Shown one piece after another: positions 36,501-43,175 of a DNA stretch of 50,389 nt. The stretch is taken from contig CAZWIF010000001.1 of the NCBI GenBank assembly GCA_964634355.1, positions 1 through 50,389 on the forward strand. The letters are read 5' to 3'. The number at the start of each line of letters is the position of its first letter. Position 1 is the first letter of the stretch. Under the pieces are notes generated by a model that did not search any database, was not told the DNA's origin, and saw nothing but the letters and a program-made list of their open reading frames with translations. A program made the translations under genes and the position numbers. The DNA comes from an uncultured Clostridium sp. (GTDB lineage: Bacteria; Bacillota; Clostridia; TANB77; CAG-508).

Positions 36501-37723
36501 TTTTGGTGGAGTAAAAACTTTTGAAAGACAAAAAATACACGATAAATTAAAAAGGAATTATGCAATTTCAAATAATTTTAATTTTTTAGAAATTTGGTAT
36601 TATGATAATTTACAAGAAAAATTAGAAAAGACCTTAGATTCAATAACCGTAACGACTGCAGGATATTAGTGGTAACATTAATATTGAAGTTATCACCTTA
36701 TTTACCCTATAAGGCAATATACAGTCTGGACTATGAATATAACAAAATGAAATCATAGAATTAGGCTTAACGACCTAATCGCCACAAATAAAAGTGGTCA
36801 GTAACCTATAAGGTGAAAGTAACAGTTCGTGGATTTGGACTACCGATGCCGAAGCTATAGCTGATGCTAAAAAGACTTATGAGGATTTGCTTACAAGTGC
36901 TACAACAAAAGAAATAGAAGAACAAAAAGATGCTACTATAAATTCATTAGAAGACCAAATAGAGGCATTACAAGAGTATATAGATTCTTGGGACGATGTA
37001 CTTAATAAATTTGATAATGAAAAAAATAGAAATTTAGCCGATTTATTACTTGGTGAAAATTGGACTGAAATGGTCTCCCAATTAGACCCACAAGTAGTAG
37101 AGGACTTTTCTGACGCTTATTATGAGCTTCAAAAGAATCTCGATGAAACAGAGAAACAAATAGAAGAATTAAATAAGCAAAAAGAAGAGGAAGATGAATA
37201 TTGGGATAAACTAATTGAAGATTTAGAAACTTATCAAGAAAAGTGGGATGAAGTATCAGATGCTTATGAAGAAGCTCAAGATGCTTTAAAAGCTGCTCAA
37301 ATAATAGGTGCAAATTGGGAAAAAGATATTCTTGACCAAAGACTTGATGTATTAGAAAACTTTAAAAATAAGTATAATGCAATACTTGCCGAAATTGATA
37401 AAGTTGATAATATGTCTACGGATGAAGCATCTAGTTATACAGCATTAAGATTACCTGGTTATGCTAATGGTGGTGAAATTGATTATACTGGTCTTGCAGT
37501 ATTACATGGAACACCAAATAAACCAGAATATGTTCTTAATAACACTCAAATGAGAAATTTACTAAGTAATCTTATCAAGCCAAAATTTACTTCTAATACA
37601 GCAACAGGTTCTTCAGTTACAAATAATTATAATTTTGGTAATATTGAATTACCAAATGTTACAAATGCAAGACAATTTGCTAACGAATTAAAATCTTTAT
37701 TAAATATAACTAAAAATCAATAA
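27599..37723 (+). CDS. Tail tape-measure protein (TP901/TIGR01760-like core), split gene. Exons: 27599-28463, 29923-29998 (or to 30003), 30495 (or 30494)-30687, 32055-35275, 36826-37723. Conceptual product is about 1750 aa.
   Basis: The joined exons read ...NAGNSMEQMIG|LLTAGTEITRNASKVANGLKTITLRL(Q)|(G)MNDEGEEDLELQ...YVTETIAG|KYQAQNAAAILSNWSTAVEATT...MTQKSKKV|SWIWTTDAEAIADAKK...GYANGGEIDYTG. This is a continuous canonical tape-measure core. Exon lengths sum to a multiple of 3 (5253 or 5259 nt). Confidence 0.85.
28464..29922 (+). mobile_element. Group I intron 1 (1459 nt, lineage A) carrying a homing endonuclease ORF
   Basis: P1 is UUGGCU (28458-28463) / GGUCAA (28473-28478) with U.G at the splice site. 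R element GTTCAACGATTAGT at 28637-28650. S element AAGATATAATCT at 28722-28733. P7 is GATT/AATC. A terminal 7-bp hairpin ATTGAAG/CTTCAAT is followed by 10 nt ending in G29922. Confidence 0.8.
28768..29901 (+). CDS. Intron-encoded homing endonuclease: Zn-ribbon (CxC...CxxC) repeats plus C-terminal DUF559/Vsr-like PD-(D/E)XK nuclease domain (377 aa)
   Basis: Own RBS AAGGAG. CECGNHF...CNEC and CECGKLF...CDKC modules. C-terminal FEFAVKSYLEESNIKYIKEF...LPFDFYLVDFDKIIEVDGQGH matches the DUF559 pattern E..l..L...F..Q....DF.......iE.DG..H. Confidence 0.7.
   Translation: MYKNQKKTKEFIENFFKNRGYCVEEEYINSSTPIKIKDKNGYISKITYSNLRMGEKPTFFGINNEFLEDNVKTLIKKTNKNIVFEKYEIITKSKKKRVLVYMQCECGNHFKRVLDDINRKDRGLYCNECAKRKRGLNHRKDKNEMFNKIESLGYKILDKSKHYLRNEYIEVINQRGYRGFVKYNYLMSGKHMTIFNEHINLSNFVYNANIYAKENNINCEVLELSKLKKWNRQGLKIKCECGKLFETSVASFQNGKIRCDKCSNSMSKFEFAVKSYLEESNIKYIKEFYFNDCRDVLPLPFDFYLVDFDKIIEVDGQGHYYPVSFGGDKEQNFIITKTHDKIKNDYCREKNIPLLRLSYKDIENGEYIKIIKQFIED
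29999..30494 (+). mobile_element. Group I intron 2 (about 490-496 nt, lineage A), ORF-deleted derivative. Ends are uncertain by about 5 nt.
   Basis: R element GGCTCAACGACTATCC (30217-30232) is identical to intron 3. S element GATGAAATAGTCTGG at 30347-30361. P2 hairpin AATGTACA-GAAA-TGTGCATT at 30024-30043. Relic RBS AAGGGGAG plus ATG at 30417 encodes only MISQIKRNN. Terminal hairpin AGTGAAT/ATTCACT. Confidence 0.65.
30688..32054 (+). mobile_element. Group I intron 3 (1367 nt, lineage A) carrying a homing endonuclease ORF
   Basis: P1 is CAGGU (30683-30687) / GCCUG (30700-30704) with a terminal U.G. P2 is CCTTATG-GAAA-CATAAGG (30706-30723). R at 30856-30871. S AAAATATAGTCT at 30925-30936. P7 is GACT/AGTC. 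The terminal hairpin ATGTAAA/TTTACAT is followed by 10 nt ending in G32054. Confidence 0.8.
30972..32027 (+). CDS. Intron-encoded homing endonuclease, paralogue of 28768-29901 (351 aa)
   Basis: Same architecture: CGMCHKNF...CQDC and CECGKEY...CKAC, with C-terminal GEKAIMDWLDKNKIEYIYQYKF...LPFDFFLPKFNICIEFDGQYH. Confidence 0.7.
   Translation: MKLKLIEEKDINGVKQKAKYIDEEGYLYNLDNLNKSKGRFSRFNPYTIENIHNYIKINNISTKLISDTFNYAAKNCHLTFQCGMCHKNFERTWNNFYKGKYKYCQDCIIKIQAKEKYFTIDEVKEKCLKKGFKVIQEEYYGNREPLDVEDKDGYRGRTTWNEIKNGKHFIKFRIQNPYFYYNVRNYFKINNYNCDIVENSGEERKSKFKFICECGKEYISTLDEVLNNTKPRIRCKACSNSISNGEKAIMDWLDKNKIEYIYQYKFNDCRNIKPLPFDFFLPKFNICIEFDGQYHFERQAHTTEKQFEYQKMRDNIKTEYCKNNEIKLIRIPYWNLYNKKYKNILKQNILM
35276..35620 (+). 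mobile_element. Group I intron 4a (345 nt, lineage B), ORF-deleted
   Basis: P1 is GAAGGU (35270-35275) / GCUUUC (35285-35290) with a 9-nt loop. P7 is GACC (35453-35456) / GGTC (35517-35520). The 3' 100 nt are roughly 80% identical by eye to intron 4b and end ...GAAAGTAACAG. A relic ORF at 35384-35500 starts MASGKRYTIEEFKNKLFKIKS, compared with MGKTKKKTHQEFLKEMKIKHP in 4b. Confidence 0.7.
35646..36825 (+). mobile_element. Group I intron 4b (1180 nt, lineage B) carrying a homing endonuclease ORF
   Basis: P1 is CUCGGU (35640-35645) / GCCGAG (35655-35660): five Watson-Crick pairs plus a terminal U.G, with a 9-nt loop. P7 is GACT (36654-36657) / AGTC (36723-36726). P8 is GTGGTAAC/GTTATCAC. P9-type hairpins are CTATGA/TCATAG, TTAGG/CCTAA and CCAC/GTGG. 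It ends at G36825. Confidence 0.8.
35737..36669 (+). CDS. Intron-encoded homing endonuclease, three CxxC...CxxC Zn-ribbon repeats plus DUF559/Vsr-like nuclease (310 aa)
   Basis: Strong RBS AAGGAGG. Repeats CKKCGLHW...CPKC, CKKCGYEW...CMIC and CKKCRYEW...CPNC. C-terminal GEEQISIILNKYNLLYETQKKF...SYDFYIPELNLLIEYQGKQH. The last codons overlap the P7 5' strand. Confidence 0.75.
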   Translation: MGKTKKKTHQEFLKEMKIKHPNLEITGIYYNSSSRISYICKKCGLHWSAKAAKLSLGRGCPKCAGNKRKTTEEFIKEVNKINPNIKVLSEYKSTSNKVLFKCKKCGYEWETFPGGVLRGKGCMICGKKSMGDKLRKSHKDFANEISLINNNIELTSEYRGQKEKIWCQCKKCRYEWETFPTTLLAGHGCPNCSLSKGEEQISIILNKYNLLYETQKKFSGLIGVGGNQLSYDFYIPELNLLIEYQGKQHKRPIEYFGGVKTFERQKIHDKLKRNYAISNNFNFLEIWYYDNLQEKLEKTLDSITVTTAGY

Positions 37724-37730
37724 TATTGGT

Positions 37731-37781
37731 AAGGACATTTGTGTCCTTATCAATATGGGTGCCGACATTTGTGTCGGTACC
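37731..37781 (+). promoter_or_regulatory. Two tandem hairpins/palindromes sharing the core GACATTTGTGTC
   Basis: AAGGACATTTGTGTCCTT (37731-37748) and GGTGCCGACATTTGTGTCGGTACC (37758-37781). The cores are 30 bp apart and have no U-tract. They lie between the tape-measure stop and the next RBS. Confidence 0.5.
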
Positions 37782-37810
37782 TTATAAATTTAAAGAAAGG
37801 AGGAGAAAAA

Positions 37811-40195
37811 ATGGTTTACCAACCTAGGTCAATTCAGCCTACATATAAATCTATAGATGCAAATAGTGTAGAGGAAATATCTTTAGTTGTAAATACCTCG
37901 GATAAAGTAACGGCTTATCAATTAACAGTATATGACTGGGAAAATAACATTATATATCAGGGCGATAAAGAAGATTTTGCTGTTGAATTATATAATGGGG
38001 ACACCGGCTTTATAGAGTTGGGAGAAGAAATAGGACTTCAAAATGGTAATGATTATAAATGGACTGCTAAATTATACCAACCTAAGCAGGATATGTTAAT
38101 TACATACGGGAATGTCCTTGAGCCAACAACATATAATTATACGGTTTCTTCTGATGGATTAGCAGAAGATGACTATGTTTTAAAAGTTGGGGATTATGGA
38201 TTTTCATTTATAGTACCTAATGACGCATCTGAAGGTAATGTTTTATCTTATAACTCGTATGATGATACTGTTACTTTGAGATATAACAGTGGAACAAGTG
38301 AAAGTTTATTAGCAGTCACAAAAATTACGTTAGGGAATTTTGCTACTTTAAATATGGCAGACCAAGGAGATAATATTTATAAATATATAGTAACTGCTGA
38401 TGGATTAAATGCAGGAGATTATTATATAGAAGTGGAAGGAAGAGACGTTTGGTTCACGACATTGTCAGACTTAAAAGAGAATGACTATATTACGTATGAT
38501 TCTTCTACTAAAAAAATAACTCAAACTTATAATGATATTACAATAAGTTTAACTACTATAAATTCTGTTCCTTTAGAATTTAAACAAGCTGAAAATACTA
38601 CGACTGAAATTTATTTAAAACAAAACATAAATATAAAACCAGATATGTTATTAAAAATAGGGGATGAAAGTAATACTGTTTCAAGCTATGATGTAAATAC
38701 TGGCTTATGTATTGTTAGTGAATCTTTTTCTAATATACCTAGTAGTCAAGATAAATATTATATTTATTCTGATTTTATAGAGACTACACCGGAAAATGTT
38801 TTATATGTTAGGGAGACCCCTACCGTATCAATAACCAATTATGAAGAAACTTTAACCACTAAAGAATATACTTTTTTAGGAACGTATGAACAATCAGATG
38901 ATGTTCCCCTTGTTTATTTTTTATGGAATTTATATTCTGTAACAGATAGTGGAGCGACATTAATAAAAACATCAGGTAAAGTTTATAGTGCAAATATTCA
39001 ATTTTATTATGACGGATTTAAGACCGGAGAAACATATAGAATTGAATTAACTTGCGAAACCGAGTTTGGTGTTCAAACTACAACGAGAGCTTTAAACTTT
39101 AATGTTAATTATACAGCGTTATCCTATGATGACCAACCAGTAACTATAAGTACAACAGACCAAGGTATACGAGTTTCTTGGGCAACATTAACAAGCGATT
39201 CTCCTTATTCTTTATATACTCAGGGGGCAAGTGGATATATTCAAACTAATAATAATAGTTCTACTATTATTTGGCTAGAACGAGGACAGTCAATATATCC
39301 TGGACAGACAATTAAAGTTGGTGAAAATGAAATTACTGGAGTTATAGATTCTTATAATAGAAATGATGGTAAGGCAATATTAAGAATACCATTAAGCTAT
39401 GTTCCTGTAAATGGTGACCCTTATTATATATTAGCAGAACCAGATTATGATTTAACTGGAATTGAATTTTTAGAAGATACTCCATATAATGGAGTTAATT
39501 CCGCAAAATTAGGAGATAATTATTTAATTTATGAAAAAGATGGCGGTTTAGCTGTTTGGGATAATGAATTTACAGTCTCAATGCAATTTAGACCAGACGA
39601 AGATTTCTTTTATAGCGATAATGGTATTTATAATGATATGATACAAATTGCAAGATATACGTCTGACACAGATGATGTTCACGATTTAATTATATATGCA
39701 CGAAATTATAATTTTGGATTCATGATGCCTGCAACCGATGAGGATGGCGATTTAGTTGGAGGACAAATATCTCAATCTAGTGATAATAGAAATATAGTTT
39801 ATGTAAGCGGAAATATAGATTTGTCTTCTGGTTTAAAATATATTTGTTTTGTTAATTCTGGGTATGTAGAAAAAATAGAAAGTTATGATTCTGAAACTGG
39901 GGCAGTGACATTGAGTAAACCTTTAACCGATGCTATGAATCCAGCCGTTAATGACTATTATTTTTTATATTCTGCTGTTGAAAGTCCTTTTTATGATAAC
40001 CCTAACAATGTATTTGTATTACAAGCAAGCACAGTAAAAAATATATATTCTGATTATATATGGACTGATGATGATGTATGGAGAGATAGCTATTATTGGG
40101 TTGAAGGCGGAACTCAAATAGAAAGAGCTTCAGAAAATTGGTGGAAATTAAAATTAACAAATGACACAATTGAAGTTAGAGAGGGAGGTGTATAA
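37811..40195 (+). CDS. Large tail/baseplate structural protein (794 aa)
   Basis: The ATG at 37811 follows AAGGAGGAG. First gene after the tape-measure gene. No catalytic motif recognised. Confidence 0.55.
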   Translation: MVYQPRSIQPTYKSIDANSVEEISLVVNTSDKVTAYQLTVYDWENNIIYQGDKEDFAVELYNGDTGFIELGEEIGLQNGNDYKWTAKLYQPKQDMLITYGNVLEPTTYNYTVSSDGLAEDDYVLKVGDYGFSFIVPNDASEGNVLSYNSYDDTVTLRYNSGTSESLLAVTKITLGNFATLNMADQGDNIYKYIVTADGLNAGDYYIEVEGRDVWFTTLSDLKENDYITYDSSTKKITQTYNDITISLTTINSVPLEFKQAENTTTEIYLKQNINIKPDMLLKIGDESNTVSSYDVNTGLCIVSESFSNIPSSQDKYYIYSDFIETTPENVLYVRETPTVSITNYEETLTTKEYTFLGTYEQSDDVPLVYFLWNLYSVTDSGATLIKTSGKVYSANIQFYYDGFKTGETYRIELTCETEFGVQTTTRALNFNVNYTALSYDDQPVTISTTDQGIRVSWATLTSDSPYSLYTQGASGYIQTNNNSSTIIWLERGQSIYPGQTIKVGENEITGVIDSYNRNDGKAILRIPLSYVPVNGDPYYILAEPDYDLTGIEFLEDTPYNGVNSAKLGDNYLIYEKDGGLAVWDNEFTVSMQFRPDEDFFYSDNGIYNDMIQIARYTSDTDDVHDLIIYARNYNFGFMMPATDEDGDLVGGQISQSSDNRNIVYVSGNIDLSSGLKYICFVNSGYVEKIESYDSETGAVTLSKPLTDAMNPAVNDYYFLYSAVESPFYDNPNNVFVLQASTVKNIYSDYIWTDDDVWRDSYYWVEGGTQIERASENWWKLKLTNDTIEVREGGV

Positions 40196-40197
40196 TT

Positions 40198-41043
40198 ATG
40201 AGTGCAACTATAGATAAAATACAGTTTAATAGTCATATAACACTTGATTTTGCTCATTTTGAAAAATTATATCAAGATAAGAATCAAGATATTTTTGTTG
40301 AAAAATATAAACCTGTTGCTAGTAATTATACCCGCTCTTTAGTTTGTTTTGAGCCAACAGGGGATTATGATAGCAAAGGAATGACTCAAGAGGCTCTTGG
40401 TTATCAATTTGATATATATAGAAATGAAATAGGAGATTCAACATTGGTACCTGTTTATAAAACAAGTGTTGGACAATTATCAATTGTGGATTATAATGTA
40501 AGAAATCAAAAAGAATATCAATATTATGTATTTAAAGAGAATGACGAAACTTCTTCTAAGGCTTCTTTATCTAATACTTTGCAAACTTGTTGGTGGGATT
40601 ATGCCGTTATCGGAATGACTCTTGAAGATGAGGATACTAATACTTACAGAGTGGAGCCATCAGATGTATGGTTGTTTCAATCAAATATCACGAGTGATAG
40701 CACGACTCAAAATTTTTCTAAAACTACCTATCAAACGCTAATGTCTTATCCAACTGTATCAATGGGTAAATCTAACTATGCTACTGGTTCATTTTCTGGA
40801 TTAATAGGAAGAGTTAGGAAGAAAGGTTATGATGAAGATGCTACTTTATTAGAACAATGGAATGATTTTTGTGCTAATTCTCAACTAAAATTATATAAAG
40901 ATAGAAAGGGACATAAATATATAGTAGATATAACTTCTAGTATGTCTGATATTGCAGATGAAACTAAAGAACAAGCGACAACTGTTAGTGTCGGTTGGAC
41001 TCAAATTGGAAATGCTGATGATTATGTTATTATAGGTGATTAA
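40198..41043 (+). CDS. Baseplate/distal tail protein candidate (281 aa)
   Basis: Positional assignment only. Confidence 0.45.
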   Translation: MSATIDKIQFNSHITLDFAHFEKLYQDKNQDIFVEKYKPVASNYTRSLVCFEPTGDYDSKGMTQEALGYQFDIYRNEIGDSTLVPVYKTSVGQLSIVDYNVRNQKEYQYYVFKENDETSSKASLSNTLQTCWWDYAVIGMTLEDEDTNTYRVEPSDVWLFQSNITSDSTTQNFSKTTYQTLMSYPTVSMGKSNYATGSFSGLIGRVRKKGYDEDATLLEQWNDFCANSQLKLYKDRKGHKYIVDITSSMSDIADETKEQATTVSVGWTQIGNADDYVIIGD

Positions 41044-41045
41044 TT

Positions 41046-42389
41046 ATGGCAAAATCTATTTATCAAGTACAGGCATTATCAGATATTGCGAGAGAGTATT
41101 TAAAGACAACCTATGGAGAATATTTGATTCTTACAAGTACATCTAACTATGATTTGGATTCTTTAGAAAAAGCACTTGAGAATGGAAAATATGAAGCATC
41201 TTTTAGGTTATTTCTTTTACATCCAGATGAAACAATTAATTATGAAATACCACAAAATGATATTATATTAGAGTCTGGTAGCTATAATGAAAATTATCAG
41301 GACGGACAAAGACGTAATTTAAATATCAGTTTAGTGAATAAAGACGGAAAATATACTCCAAGTATCAATACTTTATGGGTTCAACACAAATTTAGATTTG
41401 ACATAGGAATTTCTTTTGGAGGAGAAACATTTTGGTTCCCAAGAGGTATTTTTATTATGGGAAATCCATCATCTGTTCATCAAGATTCTGATAAGCAGGT
41501 AACTTTGACCCTAGAGGATAAATTTGCTTTATTAGAAGGCAAAATGGGGACTTTAGAAACAACGTATGAAATACCAGCAGGAACAGAAATTAAAGATGCA
41601 ATAGAAGGTATTTTAACTATAGACACTGGTTCTGGTTATCCGTTAGATTTAAAGCCTATTGTATATGACCATAATTTTGATGGAATAGTAACTCCATATA
41701 CATTGACAAAAGACCCTGGTTCTAATTTTGGAGAGATGATATTGGAATTAGCAGATATGCTTGGTGCAGAATGTTTTTATAATGATTTAGGCAACTTATG
41801 TTTTATAGATATTAATGAAACAATACAGGACACAAACAAGCCTATAATCTGGCACTATAGTGACCAAAAGAAAGAGTTTTTGGATTCTTCAACAAGCTAT
41901 GATTTTGACAATATAGTAAATGAAGTCCACGTTGTCGGGGATAATGTTAACGGAAAAATATATAGTGCTATGGCAAGAAATGATGACCCTGCATCACCTA
42001 TCTGTGTTAAAAGAATAGGAAGGCACATTGATTATATAAGTGATGCTTCTATATATAGTGATAAATTGGCACAAGATAGGGCAGATTATGAATTAAGGTG
42101 CAAAAGTATTGTTAATACAAGTGTTTCAATTTCTGTAACATTCAATCCTTTGATATTTGTTGATAATATAATTACAATAGAAGATGAATTTTATAATTTT
42201 AAAAGAGAAAAGTTTGTTATTCAATCAATTAGTTATAATATAGGTGTTGATAATAAAATGACAATTACTATATCTAACTTGACAAACGCAAATGCTGTTG
42301 ATGATGATGAAAACAGATACCTATCTGACAATGCTCATAACTTTATTACGACCGCATACGGTGAATTTATGTTAATTAACAGCCGATAG
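41046..42389 (+). CDS. Baseplate/tail-associated protein candidate (447 aa)
   Basis: Positional assignment only. Confidence 0.45.
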   Translation: MAKSIYQVQALSDIAREYLKTTYGEYLILTSTSNYDLDSLEKALENGKYEASFRLFLLHPDETINYEIPQNDIILESGSYNENYQDGQRRNLNISLVNKDGKYTPSINTLWVQHKFRFDIGISFGGETFWFPRGIFIMGNPSSVHQDSDKQVTLTLEDKFALLEGKMGTLETTYEIPAGTEIKDAIEGILTIDTGSGYPLDLKPIVYDHNFDGIVTPYTLTKDPGSNFGEMILELADMLGAECFYNDLGNLCFIDINETIQDTNKPIIWHYSDQKKEFLDSSTSYDFDNIVNEVHVVGDNVNGKIYSAMARNDDPASPICVKRIGRHIDYISDASIYSDKLAQDRADYELRCKSIVNTSVSISVTFNPLIFVDNIITIEDEFYNFKREKFVIQSISYNIGVDNKMTITISNLTNANAVDDDENRYLSDNAHNFITTAYGEFMLINSR

Positions 42390-42500
42390 CTACACAGCTA
42401 TTTTGCATTTAAATGTAAGTAAATTTCTAGTGATTTGGAATTACACAATGTGTTATTCTGGATTGCATATAATTTTAAAAATGAGAAAGGAGGCATATTA

Positions 42501-43160
42501 ATGGCTAAGCAAACAATAAATAATCTTGAATCTGCAGCAACTGTTAGAACCAAGATTAATAGTAACTTTACAGAGTTATATGACCAAAAAGCTGATAACA
42601 ATCACGCATATACAGATTCAAGTTATGGTGCTGCATCAAATGAACTTTTTGGTCACGTTAAAATTAATGTAGCCAATGGCTTAAATGTTAGTGATGGCAT
42701 AGTAAGTTTAGCTCTTGCAACGACTACAAGTGCTGGTGCGGTGCAATTAGCTGATTCTCTTACTTCTGAAGATTCAGGAAAAGCGTTGAGTGCTGCTCAA
42801 GGCAAAATATTAAGTGATTCTTTAACATCATTAGACAATAATACTCCTCCAAAAAATCACGCAGTTGATAATGGTGATTATGGACTTGCAACAAGTTCTT
42901 TGTATGGGCATTTGAGAGTCACATCCGGAAATGGATTAACTTTATCGAATGGTACTTTATCATTAAATGCTGCAACTACAAGTGCTGTCGGTGCAGTACA
43001 ATTGGAGGATTCATTAGAATCTCAATCTACTACGAAAGCATTAACGGCAAATATGGGTTATTATTTAGATACACATAAAGCTGAAGCTTTTAGTGGAACA
43101 ACGGTGCCAAGTAATAGTCTTGGTAGTGATGGAGATATATACTTTTTACTAGAAAATTAA
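42501..43160 (+). CDS. Tail fibre protein with an internal duplication (219 aa)
   Basis: The ATG at 42501 follows AAAGGAGG. Two copies of the module YG.A...L(F/Y)GH(V/L)...GNGL......L...TT(S)A(G/V)GAVQL.DSL.S.....AL(S/T)A. Confidence 0.55.
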   Translation: MAKQTINNLESAATVRTKINSNFTELYDQKADNNHAYTDSSYGAASNELFGHVKINVANGLNVSDGIVSLALATTTSAGAVQLADSLTSEDSGKALSAAQGKILSDSLTSLDNNTPPKNHAVDNGDYGLATSSLYGHLRVTSGNGLTLSNGTLSLNAATTSAVGAVQLEDSLESQSTTKALTANMGYYLDTHKAEAFSGTTVPSNSLGSDGDIYFLLEN

Positions 43161-43175
43161 GGGGAGGTGTAAAAT

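Noticed and set aside
27599-37723. Alternative explanations for the broken tape-measure and terL genes: inteins, group II introns, pseudogenisation or assembly errors.
   Set aside because: The intervening ORFs are out of frame and have their own RBSs, so they are not inteins. There is no GUGYG...AY, no domain V and no reverse transcriptase, so they are not group II. Every break can be closed in frame at a U|...G| boundary with a P1 helix and R/S elements, which random decay or misassembly would not produce. Decay of intron 2 or of the 4a/4b region cannot be fully excluded.
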